Positions 19,798-30,290 of a stretch of 64,000 nucleotides of DNA are shown here, in pieces. The notes beneath the pieces were generated by a model. That model made no database searches. It saw only the letters and a program-made list of their open reading frames with translations, and was not told the origin of the DNA. How positions within the stretch are numbered: the first letter of the stretch is position 1; the number at the start of each line of letters is the position of its first letter. Location of the stretch: positions 5,248,001-5,312,000 of the forward strand of contig OZ244960.1 in NCBI GenBank assembly GCA_965222605.1. Reading direction: 5' to 3'. A program made the position numbers and the translations under genes. The DNA comes from Candidatus Latescibacterota bacterium. Its GTDB lineage: Bacteria > Latescibacterota > UBA2968.

Positions 19798-22179
19798 GTG
19801 TTTAAGAATTATATCACAATCGCGATCCGCAATTTTTTGGGGCAAAAAACCCATTCCATCATTAATATTGCGGGCCTTTCTGTGGGCCTGACCTGTAGTT
19901 TTTTAATTTTTATGTGGATCGCCCACGAACTCAGCTACAATCAATTCCATGTGGAAGGCGACCGAATCTATCGTCTCATGCGGAATCATCACGGCATGAA
20001 TAAAATCTCGACTTTGTCTTCCATACCCCAGCCGAGTGCCAAATTGCTGGAAGAGCGATATCCAGAAGTTACCGAAACTGTGCTTGTGACCTGGACTCAG
20101 CCCATGCTTTTGACACAGGGGAAACAGACTTTTCGGGAGCGCGGATATCACGCTGGACCGGCCTTTTTTGAGATTTTCACCTTTCCCCTCATCCTGGGCG
20201 ATCCCGAAACCGCGCTTTCGGAACCGAATAACATCGCCATCTCAGAGCGACTGGCCGAGAAGTATTTCGGGGAGGATTGGAGAAGTACTGCGATGGGGCA
20301 GATCTTTGTGGTGAATAGTACGCACGCGTTGATGCAATACGATAACAAAAGTTTTAAGGTGACCGGGGTTTATGAAAACATGCCCGTAAATTCGACGCAG
20401 AGATATGACTGTATTTTGCCAATGGCATCTTATTTGGCCAATAAACGCAGTTTTTCTCAGTGGACGACAAATCATCTCCGGCTGTACGTTCAGTTGCAAA
20501 AGGATGTCAATATCGATCAATTCAATGCCAAGATAAAAAATATTATTAAAGAGAATGATAAGACGGTTACAAGCGATGCTTTTTTACAACCCTATCTGGA
20601 TATGCATCTTTATTCCGACTACAGGAATGGCAAACTGGTTGGTGGTCGGATTGACTATGTGCGGATGTTTATTGTCGTGGCGGTGTTTATCATCCTGATT
20701 GCGAGTATTAACTTTATGAATTTATCGACTGCGCGTTCTACGCAGCGCGCCCGGGAAATTGGGATTCGCAAGGCTGTTGGGGCGCATAAAACCATTCTGA
20801 TTGGACAGTTTATGGGAGAATCGCTCATGATGACCATGTTCGCTGCAATTCTGGCGCTGATCATGGTCATTTTGGCTTTGCCGTCGTTTAGCGATTTGAT
20901 TAATCAGACGCTCACGATCGATCTTTTCAGTATCGAGATTCTTCTGATTTTTTTTGGCATTGCGATTGTAACCGGGTTGCTCGCGGGAAGCTATCCCGCT
21001 TTTTATCTTTCCAATTTTGATCCTGTCATTGTTTTGCGCGGTACTTTTACACCGGGGTCGGGTTCAAGTCAGTTGCGCCGGGTGCTGGTGGTGTTCCAAT
21101 TTGGTCTTTCTATTTTGCTCATTATCGGCACGCTGACGGTTTATGAACAGATTGCGTATATGCGAAATAAAGATCTGGGGATTGACCGCGATAATCTGGT
21201 GTATATAAGGTTGGAAGGGGCAGCTAAGAGGCAGTATGAGGCTTTCAGACACGAACTTTTGCGACAGCCAGGCATTGTCGGTGTGACCAGTACCGGACAC
21301 AATCCACTCAGGGTAACGAGTACCGGAACAAATGCTATGTGGGAGGGTAGAGACCCCAATTCAGAACATATTTTTCACAGGTTACAGGCCAACTACGATG
21401 TGGTCAATACCCTGCACATGGAGCTTGTTCACGGGCGCGAATTTTCCAGAGATTTTCCCGGCGATCTCAGAAGTTTTATCGTGAATGAAGAAATGGCTCA
21501 GGTTATGGGCATGGAAAACCCGGTTGGCACCCGTCTGCGGTTTAATCGCGAAGGTCCGATTATTGGCGTGGTTAAAAATTTCCATTTTCAATCACTGTAC
21601 ACCGCCATCGAACCGCTGATTATTCTTCTGAGTCCCGCCCGTACCGAGTTTTTATTTGTGCGTATAGCCGCGGGACAAACGGCTGAGGCTATTGCGGGTA
21701 TTGAAAGGGCATTTAAGAAATTCAATGCCAACCGTCCTTTTGAATTTTCTTTTCAGGACGAACAGTTTGAAAGCATGTATCGCAACGAAAGCACGATGGG
21801 CACTCTGACAACTTTTTTTGCAATTTTCGCCATTTTTATTTCTTGCCTGGGGCTGTTTGGCCTGGCATCTTATACCGCCGAACAACGCACCAAGGAAATC
21901 GGTATTAGAAAAGTTCTCGGCGCATCTATCCCCAATCTCGTCATTCTGCTCTCCAAAGAGTTCATCAGACTGGTCGTCGTCGCCTTTGCACTGGCCGCGC
22001 CGCTGGCTTATCACTATATGAACGAATGGTTAAATGATTTTGCCTACCACACATATCTGGGGTGGCGCGTCTTTGTTTTTGCCGGCGTTCTCTCTTTGAT
22101 TATCGCTTGCCTCACCGTGAGCTATCAAGCGGTCAAAGTCGCCATGGCCAATCCCGTTGAATCGCTGCGGTACGAATGA
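19798..22179 (+). CDS. duplicated MacB/FtsX-type ABC permease
   Basis: MFKNYITIAIRN, EIGIRKxxGA twice, NPVESLRYE terminus. Confidence 0.92.
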   Translation: MFKNYITIAIRNFLGQKTHSIINIAGLSVGLTCSFLIFMWIAHELSYNQFHVEGDRIYRLMRNHHGMNKISTLSSIPQPSAKLLEERYPEVTETVLVTWTQPMLLTQGKQTFRERGYHAGPAFFEIFTFPLILGDPETALSEPNNIAISERLAEKYFGEDWRSTAMGQIFVVNSTHALMQYDNKSFKVTGVYENMPVNSTQRYDCILPMASYLANKRSFSQWTTNHLRLYVQLQKDVNIDQFNAKIKNIIKENDKTVTSDAFLQPYLDMHLYSDYRNGKLVGGRIDYVRMFIVVAVFIILIASINFMNLSTARSTQRAREIGIRKAVGAHKTILIGQFMGESLMMTMFAAILALIMVILALPSFSDLINQTLTIDLFSIEILLIFFGIAIVTGLLAGSYPAFYLSNFDPVIVLRGTFTPGSGSSQLRRVLVVFQFGLSILLIIGTLTVYEQIAYMRNKDLGIDRDNLVYIRLEGAAKRQYEAFRHELLRQPGIVGVTSTGHNPLRVTSTGTNAMWEGRDPNSEHIFHRLQANYDVVNTLHMELVHGREFSRDFPGDLRSFIVNEEMAQVMGMENPVGTRLRFNREGPIIGVVKNFHFQSLYTAIEPLIILLSPARTEFLFVRIAAGQTAEAIAGIERAFKKFNANRPFEFSFQDEQFESMYRNESTMGTLTTFFAIFAIFISCLGLFGLASYTAEQRTKEIGIRKVLGASIPNLVILLSKEFIRLVVVAFALAAPLAYHYMNEWLNDFAYHTYLGWRVFVFAGVLSLIIACLTVSYQAVKVAMANPVESLRYE

Positions 22180-22207
22180 GACTTAATTTTTATAATGAGG
22201 ATAAACA

Positions 22208-22984
22208 ATGGAATCTCTGACACTGCTTTCGGGCGATACAATGCCTGTTGTTGGCCTCGGTACCTGGCCGATGAGAGGCAATCAATGCAAACAGGTCATA
22301 AAACAGGCACTTGAACTGGGCTATACGCATTTCGATACCGCCTGGATCTACCAGAACCAGCGCGAAATCGGCGAAGCCCTGCGGGAGGCAGGTACTGACC
22401 GTTCGCAACTTTTTATTACCTCCAAAGTTGGTAGAGATTATCTGCAATATGACATTGCGCTAAAACAAGCTGACGATATTCTCGAATATCTCCAGATGGA
22501 CTATGTGGATCTGTTGCTCGTCCACTGGCCCAACGAAACTGTGCAGATGGAGGGAACTATTCGCGCTTTCAACGAGGTTTTCGACGCGGGCAAAGCGAGA
22601 AGTATTGGGGTTAGCAACTTTTCGGTCGAACAAATGGAACGCGCCCGGTCCCTTTCTGCAGCGCCTATCAGCGTCAATCAGATCAAATACCATCCGGGCT
22701 ACGAACAGCGAGATGTTCTGCAATGGTGCCTGGAAAACGATGTCGTGGTGACTGCGTATTCCCCTCTGGGAAAAAAAGATATTCTTCGGGATCCCGTCTT
22801 GCTGAATATCGCCCGCACCCACGGCAAGACCTCTGCACACGTCGCCCTCAAGTGGCTGGTGCAAAAAGGCATGATCGTTATTCCCAAAGCGAGTTCCAGA
22901 GAACATCTCCAGGCGAATCTCGATGTTTTTGACTGGTCCTTATCTGAAAGCGAGATGCAGTCCATCGACCTCATAGCGGGGTAA
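22208..22984 (+). CDS. aldo/keto reductase
   Basis: GLGTW, FDTAWIY, DLLLVHWP, IGVSNF, IPKA. Confidence 0.93.
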   Translation: MESLTLLSGDTMPVVGLGTWPMRGNQCKQVIKQALELGYTHFDTAWIYQNQREIGEALREAGTDRSQLFITSKVGRDYLQYDIALKQADDILEYLQMDYVDLLLVHWPNETVQMEGTIRAFNEVFDAGKARSIGVSNFSVEQMERARSLSAAPISVNQIKYHPGYEQRDVLQWCLENDVVVTAYSPLGKKDILRDPVLLNIARTHGKTSAHVALKWLVQKGMIVIPKASSREHLQANLDVFDWSLSESEMQSIDLIAG

Positions 22985-23004
22985 ACTTACAACTGTGAGG
23001 CATT

Positions 23005-24639
23005 ATGAATGAGAAAAACAGGCCCAATGTCGTTCTTATCATTACGGACGATCAGGGGTACGGAACTGTGGAGGTACACGGGAATGACCAGGTCAGGACG
23101 CCATATATGGATCGTTTGGCCAATGAAGGGGTAGCGTTTGACCGATTCTACGGGAATCCGCTTTGTTCGCCTTCTCGAGCCGCATTGATGACCGGGCGGT
23201 ATTTCTATCGAACCGGAATTCTACACACGTCTCGAGGGGGTGCATTAATGTCGGGCGATGAGGTCACTGCCGCCGAGCTGTTTCGAGATGCCGGGTACCG
23301 CACTGGGATTTTTGGGAAGTGGCATCTCGGTGACAATTACCCAATGAGGCCAATGGACCAGGGATTTGAGAAAGCCGTGTGGCACAAAGGAGGAGGGATC
23401 GGGCAACCCCCCGTAAGGCCAAACAGCTACTTTAACTCACTTCTGTGGCGAGAAGGGGAAGAATTCCAGGCGAAAGGGTACTGCACGGATGTCTTCTTTG
23501 ACGAGGCCCTCGCGTTCATCGAGGAACATCAAAGCGAGCCTTTTTTTATCTACATTCCGACGAACGCGCCGCACAATCCTCTCGAGATCAGTGACGAATA
23601 TGCGGATCCCTATCGCGAGATGGGTCTGGATGACAGCGTCGCACGAATCTATGGGATGGTCGAGAATATCGATGATAATATTGGGCGACTCATGGAACTA
23701 CTGGAACGTCTCGGTCTGGATGAAAATACAATAATCATCTTTACGTCCGACCACGGTCCCGCGGGCGGCAGGTACAATGCCGGACTCAGGTCCGAAAAAG
23801 GAGACGTGTACGAAGGCGGGATTCGAGTTCCATATTTCACAAGGTGGCCGAAAGGGATGCCGGCTGGTTTCAAAACCGACAAGATTGCCTCACACATCGA
23901 TGTTCTGCCCACTTTGTTGTCGCTTTGTAACATGGATTCCCCCTCTGACCTCAGGATGGATGGCGTGGATCTGACTCCCCTGATTCGAGGTCATGAAGTG
24001 GAATGGCACAATCGCACACTTTTCATTCAGACACACCGAGGGAGCCGCCCGCGACAGTACCACAACTGTGCGGCGATCACCCAACGCTACAAGTGGTTAG
24101 GTTATCCCAGTACCTGTGGACAATGGGATTTTGAGACTTCTTCGACAGACCCTGTGATGGAGCTGTACGATCTTGAAGACGACCCTGGCGAAGAGAAAGA
24201 GCTAAGTGGCCAGATGCCCGATCTTGTAGAGCAGATGAAGAAAGACTACGACGCCTGGTTCGACGATGTGGCTTCGGATTGGCAGGCGGGGGTCATTCAC
24301 ATTGGGAATTCGGCCGAGAATCCTCTCACACTGTGTCGCTATCAGGATTCAGAATACATATCCGAACTACCACACGGCTGGCGTGTGAAGATCGAACAGA
24401 GCGGAACCTATGAGCTTCGAATCAACCGTGAGTCGCTAAATGGCGCGGGTGCCCTCGGGGTTCAGTGGCAGGGGAATACTCAGAGAAGCCCACTGGCTGC
24501 GGGAGAGAATACAGGACGATTCGAGCTTGAAGCGGGGGACGGCAAACTGGAGATTTGGTTCGAGCTCGAAGACATAGGTCGCGTGACGTTTTCAAGCAAT
24601 TTGACGATTGGGGATGTGGAGGTGGATTACCTGGGGTAG
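23005..24639 (+). CDS. arylsulfatase (formylglycine-dependent)
   Basis: [25 protein letters not shown]. Confidence 0.93.
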   Translation: MNEKNRPNVVLIITDDQGYGTVEVHGNDQVRTPYMDRLANEGVAFDRFYGNPLCSPSRAALMTGRYFYRTGILHTSRGGALMSGDEVTAAELFRDAGYRTGIFGKWHLGDNYPMRPMDQGFEKAVWHKGGGIGQPPVRPNSYFNSLLWREGEEFQAKGYCTDVFFDEALAFIEEHQSEPFFIYIPTNAPHNPLEISDEYADPYREMGLDDSVARIYGMVENIDDNIGRLMELLERLGLDENTIIIFTSDHGPAGGRYNAGLRSEKGDVYEGGIRVPYFTRWPKGMPAGFKTDKIASHIDVLPTLLSLCNMDSPSDLRMDGVDLTPLIRGHEVEWHNRTLFIQTHRGSRPRQYHNCAAITQRYKWLGYPSTCGQWDFETSSTDPVMELYDLEDDPGEEKELSGQMPDLVEQMKKDYDAWFDDVASDWQAGVIHIGNSAENPLTLCRYQDSEYISELPHGWRVKIEQSGTYELRINRESLNGAGALGVQWQGNTQRSPLAAGENTGRFELEAGDGKLEIWFELEDIGRVTFSSNLTIGDVEVDYLG

Positions 24640-24652
24640 GGACGGTAGAAAT

Positions 24653-25777
24653 ATGAGCGAAATCGTTAAGATAAGAACGCGGCTGTTTGAAGTGCCATTG
24701 GCGGAGGTGCTTGTCGATGCCAAGCATGGCGACCATAGTCACTTTGAATTGATTACCGTTACGATAGCACTTAAGGATGGGTACGAGGGAACTGGGTACA
24801 CTTATACCGGTGGTCGCGGTGGCAGGTCGATTAAAGCCATGATTGACGCGGATCTGGCTCCCAGGTTGATTGGCAGGGATGGCACGGATGTGGAAGAGAT
24901 CAACGAGTGGTGCGAATGGTATATCCATTACGTCGGTCGCGGCGGGGTCTCGTCATTTGCGATATCGGCGATCGACATCGCACTTTGGGATATCCGCTGC
25001 AAACGCAAAGACCTGCCCCTGTGGAAAGTCTCGGGTGGCGCGCGTGCGAGTTGCAAGGCCTATGGCGGAGGCATTGATCTGAATTTTCCACTCCCGAAAC
25101 TTCTCGATAACATCCGTCGCTATCTCGACAAGGGCTTCAACGGGGTCAAGATCAAGGTTGGGCAACCCACCCTTGATGAAGATGTAGATCGGGTCCAGGC
25201 GGTTCGAAAGCTTATCGGTCCCGATATTGCTTTCATGGTCGATGCGAACTACTCGATGAGCGTCGAGTACGCTATTGAGGCAGCTAACCGATTTAAGGCG
25301 TTCGATATCCTGTGGTTTGAGGAGCCTACGCTTCCAGACGACTATCTGGGTTATGCTGTGATTGCCGATGCTACGGGAGTGCCTCTATCAATGGGCGAGA
25401 ACCTTCATACGATACATGAATTTGGCTACGCCTTTGAACAGGCTAAGCTCTCATATATTTTGCCTGATGCTTCCAATTGTATGGGGATTACCGGCTGGCT
25501 GAAGGTTGCCGAATTGTCGCGTAAGTATGAAGTCCCAATATGCTCTCACGGCATGCAGGAGTTGCACGTCAGCCTGGTTTCGGCGCAACCCAATGCAGGT
25601 TGGATGGAATACCATAGCTTTCCAATTGACGAGTACACGAAGCGTCCTTTGAAGATCGAAAACCACCGGGCGATTGCGCCTGATGATCCGGGAATCGGCG
25701 TAGAATTCGACTGGTCCAAACTCGAATCTTATTGCGTCTCCGATTTGGCATTTGGCGAATGTCTTTCTTGCCGTTGA
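24653..25777 (+). CDS. mandelate racemase / enolase superfamily protein
   Basis: [28 protein letters not shown]. Confidence 0.9.
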   Translation: MSEIVKIRTRLFEVPLAEVLVDAKHGDHSHFELITVTIALKDGYEGTGYTYTGGRGGRSIKAMIDADLAPRLIGRDGTDVEEINEWCEWYIHYVGRGGVSSFAISAIDIALWDIRCKRKDLPLWKVSGGARASCKAYGGGIDLNFPLPKLLDNIRRYLDKGFNGVKIKVGQPTLDEDVDRVQAVRKLIGPDIAFMVDANYSMSVEYAIEAANRFKAFDILWFEEPTLPDDYLGYAVIADATGVPLSMGENLHTIHEFGYAFEQAKLSYILPDASNCMGITGWLKVAELSRKYEVPICSHGMQELHVSLVSAQPNAGWMEYHSFPIDEYTKRPLKIENHRAIAPDDPGIGVEFDWSKLESYCVSDLAFGECLSCR

Positions 25778-25922
25778 TCATCGCTCCGAAGGCCACAATG
25801 AGATGCCTCTTCTTGTGCCCCTGAATAATGACCGGTTGCCACACTCGCCAGGACTGCGGATGCTGCTCAACTCGGCGAACTACGCGAAGGTCCGTAATAT
25901 CCCCTTGATAATTCCGCATCAT
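25750..25922 (-). pseudogene. 5' fragment of an unidentified gene colliding with the racemase 3' end
   Basis: AGGAG RBS and about 55 protein-like codons (MMRNYQGDITDLRVV...) that then run antisense into the racemase. Confidence 0.35.
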
Positions 25923-26044
25923 TCATCTCCTCTATTTGTGTTCAAATTCTGGTTGCCTGGGCGCGAAAGATCTGCATAATTGTCGGTCCCTCCAAGTTGA
26001 AAATCACCGCGTCGCTGGGCCGACCCGGACTTCCCTCCTGAAGG

Positions 26045-26071
26045 CGTCCCCTCCTTGACATAGTAAGATAA
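26045..26071 (+). promoter_or_regulatory. upstream/promoter region of the AbiE operon
   Basis: TTGACA at 26055-26060 followed by an AT-rich spacer and TATAGA; -10 placement uncertain. Confidence 0.4.
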
Positions 26072-26130
26072 ATAGTATAGATTTCTGACATCAGTATCAA
26101 GAGACATCTGAATGCGAGGGATGTAGTCCA

Positions 26131-26754
26131 ATGACCGGAATCGCCGACAAGATCATGCAGAGGGTGTCCGTCCACGATAGCGGAAGGTGGGTGTGCACGC
26201 CGAAGGACTTCCTGGACCTCGGCAGCCGCGAGGCCGTTGATCAGGCCTTGTCGCGTCTCGTTAAGGCGGGACGGCTGCGCCGGGTGGGCCACGGCCTGTA
26301 CGACATGCCGAGGATCAGCAATGTGCTGAATCGACCCGCGCCCGTCGATCTGGGTGCGGCCATCGCAGCACTGGCACGGCGGGATGGCGTGCGGATCATG
26401 CCGGATGGATTGGTGGCCGCGAATCAACTGGGTCTCACCAACGCCGTGCCCGCGAAGGTCAGCTACGTGACGGATGGCCACTCCAGGACCCTCAAGATCG
26501 ACGGAAGAACTGTCCGGTTCCGGCACGCTGGCCCAAGTGTCATGCGGTGGGCGGGAAGACCCGCCGCGCCGGTGGTTCAGGCGCTGCGGTGGCTGGGTCC
26601 CCGCGCAGCCGCGGACGGCGAGATCGTTTCGACGCTGAGTCGCCATCTTCCCGACGAGGTGAAGCTCGATCTGTTGCACAACAGCCGCGATCTTCCCGGC
26701 TGGGCGTTGCCGCTGGCGCGTAGCATCGCGAGCGACCAGGCCGTTGCCGTATGA
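26131..26754 (+). CDS. AbiEi-type antitoxin (DUF6088-like), type IV TA
   Basis: DFLDLGSREAVDQALSRL...GLY, AANQLGLT, YVTDG; ATGA overlap with toxin. Confidence 0.88.
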   Translation: MTGIADKIMQRVSVHDSGRWVCTPKDFLDLGSREAVDQALSRLVKAGRLRRVGHGLYDMPRISNVLNRPAPVDLGAAIAALARRDGVRIMPDGLVAANQLGLTNAVPAKVSYVTDGHSRTLKIDGRTVRFRHAGPSVMRWAGRPAAPVVQALRWLGPRAAADGEIVSTLSRHLPDEVKLDLLHNSRDLPGWALPLARSIASDQAVAV

Positions 26755-27794
26755 CCAGGGGCTTTGAATCGTTCCTCGCCCTACCGGAGCAGGACAGGCG
26801 GGACGTTCTTGAAGCAGCGGCAGCCCGCCTCGATACGTTGCCGAGCTATGTGGAAAAGGACTTCTGGGTTTGCCTGGTTCTCGACACGCTGTTCAATCGG
26901 CGTCCCGAGGGGCATCCAAGGTTGCTTTTCAAGGGTGGGACGTCGCTGTCCAAGGCCTTCGGACTCATCAAGCGATTTTCCGAGGACATTGACCTCGTGG
27001 TGTTCCGCGACGGCCTTGGCTTCAAAGGGGAGCGCGACCCGACCGTAGCTACCCAACTGTCGAACAAGAAACGGACCGCGCTGTTCAAGGAACTCAGGGC
27101 GTCGTGCAGCGGATACATCCATGGGCCCCTGCGGACTGCTCTGGCGAGTCGGATCGACGAACTCTCGACTGGCTGTCAGATCGTTCCGGATGAAGGCGAT
27201 GTCGACGGACAGACGCTCTTCATTGAGTACCCAACCCTCTTTCCAAGCGGGGACGTCACCTATGTGGCCCCGCGTGTGAAGATCGAGGCGGGAGCGAGGT
27301 CGGCGCTTGACCCCAGCCAGCACTGCACGGTCACCCCCTATATCGCCGATGAACTCCCTGACTGGTCGTTCACAGCGGCAGGCATTCGTGTGATCGCGCC
27401 CGAGCGCACCTATTGGGAGAAGTTGCTGATCCTGCATGGCGCATATTGCGGATACCGGGACGCCGGGCGCCTGCCAACTGACAAGGATCGCATTTCGCGT
27501 CACTACTACGATGTTGCGGTGATCACGGCGACGGAAGTCGGGAGGTCTGCCTTAGTCGACACCGACCTGCTGGACGCGGTTCGGAACCACAACCTCGTCG
27601 CATTTCGGCAGGCCTGGAAGCGGTTCGAAGAAGCGGTTCCAGGATCGGTGAGACTGGTTCCTCAAGTGGAACTGCGCAAGGTGATCGAACAAGACTACCG
27701 AGCCATGCAGGGTATGATCCTCGGCGAGGCCCCGGACTTCGGATGGGTCATGGATCAGCTTCGACAGGCCGAAGCTGCGATAAACGGAACTTGA
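26751..27794 (+). CDS. AbiEii nucleotidyltransferase toxin
   Basis: VEKDFWV, FKGGTSLSK, RFSEDIDL, TYWEK, SRHYYD. Confidence 0.92.
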   Translation: MTRGFESFLALPEQDRRDVLEAAAARLDTLPSYVEKDFWVCLVLDTLFNRRPEGHPRLLFKGGTSLSKAFGLIKRFSEDIDLVVFRDGLGFKGERDPTVATQLSNKKRTALFKELRASCSGYIHGPLRTALASRIDELSTGCQIVPDEGDVDGQTLFIEYPTLFPSGDVTYVAPRVKIEAGARSALDPSQHCTVTPYIADELPDWSFTAAGIRVIAPERTYWEKLLILHGAYCGYRDAGRLPTDKDRISRHYYDVAVITATEVGRSALVDTDLLDAVRNHNLVAFRQAWKRFEEAVPGSVRLVPQVELRKVIEQDYRAMQGMILGEAPDFGWVMDQLRQAEAAINGT

Positions 27795-28004
27795 ACATGG
27801 CCACAGTGAGCCTCGAAGATCGGAACACGGCGGTTGCGAGAACTCCTGAAAGGCGATCACTGATTGCAACAGCCATCGCGATGGCCATTCAGGAATCTAT
27901 TGTTACGGGGAATCGTGTTGCGGTGGACTGTTAGGCAAACAGGCAAACTTGATCCTGGTCCGATCCCTGGTTTTACACATTCCCTGCTTATATCCACCTC
28001 TGTT

Positions 28005-28892
28005 CTAACCCAGATCCGGCACTCGCCAGTTGGCATACCAGCGGGAGTCTTCAGGGGGTGCTTCATCCCCATTCTGCATAGAAGCGAAATCTTTCATCCG
28101 GGGGCGGATCTCCTCGTCCCATATACGCTCAATCTGCCCGTAGGTCAGCGGGGTGTGATCGGGTTTTAACCGATCGTATTCCGTTAGGAGTTCTCTTGTT
28201 TTTTCAGAGATATGTTCCGCCGTATCAGCCGCCATTTCTTCCCCCGCTCGCCGACTGGATGTATCCACATAATCGCCCTGGGCGAAATGAGGTCCTGGCT
28301 CGTCCGGTCCGGGAAGGCGGGATAGATCTACGCAGTCTGGGGCTACCGCCCACAGCAGCGACGTTTCCCCTCTTCCTGCGTGGCCTCCCATGCCCCGGTC
28401 GTCTTTGAAACGGGATTCCCCTGTGCCCATACTCATAAGAGAATAGAGCCGGACGGAAACGTGCTGCTGGAGGATTTCCAGTACAACGGGTACGTCCAGG
28501 CGGTGTGGTCCCGAGTGTCCCGAGAAGAGCACGGCCACGTGAAAACCGAGAGCATCGACGGCCCGGATGTGATAGCAGAGATTTTTTAAAAAAATCCACG
28601 GTGGCACTGCTGTAAGCCAGGGGCGAACATCACCCACCCGTTCGTGTGCCCAGGTCCCGTAGCCTCCCGACTCGTGGCAGTGCCAGTATTCGGGAGGTGC
28701 TACAATGCCGCCGAAGGACCCGGCTGCCTGGCACACCACCCCGTGTGCCCGCAACGCATCCAGACCCAGGGCGTTCACTGGCCCGTGGGGTTCACACAGG
28801 CCATAGGGCAAATACACCACAGGACAATTCTCAAAAGCGGCTTCCAATTCATCGGGAAACATGCGTTCCCAGCGGACTTCTCTCCGTTCCAT
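28005..28892 (-). CDS. creatininase-family protein
   Basis: CEPHG...GLD, SGH, GHAGRGETS. Confidence 0.85.
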   Translation of the reverse strand: MERREVRWERMFPDELEAAFENCPVVYLPYGLCEPHGPVNALGLDALRAHGVVCQAAGSFGGIVAPPEYWHCHESGGYGTWAHERVGDVRPWLTAVPPWIFLKNLCYHIRAVDALGFHVAVLFSGHSGPHRLDVPVVLEILQQHVSVRLYSLMSMGTGESRFKDDRGMGGHAGRGETSLLWAVAPDCVDLSRLPGPDEPGPHFAQGDYVDTSSRRAGEEMAADTAEHISEKTRELLTEYDRLKPDHTPLTYGQIERIWDEEIRPRMKDFASMQNGDEAPPEDSRWYANWRVPDLG

Positions 28893-28989
28893 GGTTCTGG
28901 CTCCTTATGTTGATCGCATTGTGCGACATTTCAAAAATCTCCGAATTATCTCATACCTGCTCTAAATAGCTCGTTCCTGGATGACCGAC

Positions 28990-29304
28990 CTATTGCGATA
29001 CGAGCATTTTGGCAAGTTCGGATTTAGTGACCCCAAGCGCGAAGAGGGATCGAATTAATAGATCTACAGAAACAGAGGGATCGCCCGCTTCGATTTTGGC
29101 AACGCGAGATTGACTGGATTTGAGGCATTCGGCCAGTTGTGTTTGGGTTAAATTTTCTCGCTCACGGCATTGACGCACTTTCTTGCTCAACGTGATTTTG
29201 AGATCAATATAGGCGGCTTCTTCGTCAGTCAGACTCAGAAAATCGTCTGTTGAACCCACACGCCATCCGGCAGCCTCGAGAAGTTTTTTCTTTTTCGTAT
29301 TCAT
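28990..29304 (-). CDS. XRE-family HTH antitoxin
   Basis: LEAAGWRVG...LTQTQLA...SSQSRVAKIEAGDPSVS. Confidence 0.88.
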   Translation of the reverse strand: MNTKKKKLLEAAGWRVGSTDDFLSLTDEEAAYIDLKITLSKKVRQCRERENLTQTQLAECLKSSQSRVAKIEAGDPSVSVDLLIRSLFALGVTKSELAKMLVSQ

Positions 29305-29312
29305 AAGTCATC

Positions 29313-29420
29313 CTATCGAATCGTAGTAAGAAAACCTGCTTCGATTCTCGCCGATGGAGAAAATGGAGGCGTTTTGATTTGTCCGTGAAGCCATACCAGA
29401 GGTTTGTCAGAAGGACTCAT
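29313..29420 (-). pseudogene. RelE/Gp49-type toxin, internally deleted (35 codons)
   Basis: MSPSDKPLVWLHGQIKTPPFSPSARIEAGFL then stop after TTIR; immediately upstream of the HTH antitoxin. Confidence 0.75.
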
Positions 29421-29427
29421 ATAAAAA

Positions 29428-29451
29428 ATATATGTCAAATATGACATATAT
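29428..29451. promoter_or_regulatory. TA operator palindrome
   Basis: ATATATGTCA-AATA-TGACATATAT, perfect 10-bp arms, 7 nt before the toxin ATG. Confidence 0.7.
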
Positions 29452-29619
29452 CAAAGGATTTTATCTTGAAGATAGATGACTCAGACCCAAGACTGAATTT
29501 CCTGACTGTCTATCGGTTGCAGTCGTTACTCCAGCTTAAAAGCAAGGAGAGACAAAGAAGGAAATTTTGGAAAATGATCGAGGGGCAATATCAGGACTTG
29601 ATAGCTGAATAAAATAGGT

Positions 29620-29694
29620 CGGACTTGACTCGTTTTGGTGTATAACAGCATAAAGGGTGCTTTCTATACTATCCACTAAAACGGATCAAGTCCA
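29620..29694. mobile_element. 75-bp miniature element made of two IS3-like ends
   Basis: CGGACTTGACTCGTTTTGGTGTATA vs reverse-strand TGGACTTGATCCGTTTTAGTGGATA (20/25 match). Confidence 0.6.
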
Positions 29695-29984
29695 GTTCCT
29701 CCACGGAGGCATTCCCAATCAGATGCCGGTTTTCCACATTCATCGTCATCGTTGCAGGCGATACCATTTGGACACACACAATTTCCACTGCTGTTACATG
29801 TTTTTCCATCAGAGCACGGTGTTCCTGTTACGCTACCTCCCGTACACTCTGGTTCTGGGTCGCAGCATTCACGATCACCACCTACACAGGATAGGGTTGC
29901 TATTTGTGTCACGGTTTCATTGCATTCAAGAGAAGATGGGCTTGGTAGTGTTGCTGGATCTTTCAGGTCTGCTCTATCTATTCT
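29695..29984 (-). pseudogene. Cys-rich (EGF-like) protein fragment
   Basis: Open frame ...LECNETVTQIATLSCVGGDRECCDPEPECTGG...CNSSGNCVCPNGIACNDDDEC...; no clear start, cut by the mini element. Confidence 0.5.
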
Positions 29985-30229
29985 CTAGCCAGTCACCCGA
30001 TGCAGACGACAGGTACACCACTTTACAAAATCAGTACGTTACTAATTGTCTTTCTGCTTATCTTTCCAAAGATGGCACCGTGAACACTGTCGTTCTTCCG
30101 TATGATGTACTTGGGGCTGATCCATCATCACCTGACTACGCTAGATTACTTTTTGACTACTGCAATCAGAAATTTGAGTACGATTTGCGAGAGAATCCTT
30201 TCATTACTCCTGCTGACTTTGTCTTTTAA
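29985..30229 (+). pseudogene. 3' fragment of an unknown gene
   Basis: Protein-like frame ending ...RENPFITPADFVF-stop directly before a hairpin; no start/RBS. Confidence 0.4.
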
Positions 30230-30231
30230 AA

Positions 30232-30260
30232 AACACCCGCTCATATATTGAGCGGGTGTT
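30232..30260. terminator. hairpin between convergent fragments
   Basis: AACACCCGCTCA-TATAT-TGAGCGGGTGTT with A run on the left. Confidence 0.7.
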
Positions 30261-30290
30261 GGCGTGAACCAGAAAGAAAGGAGTTTTTGG

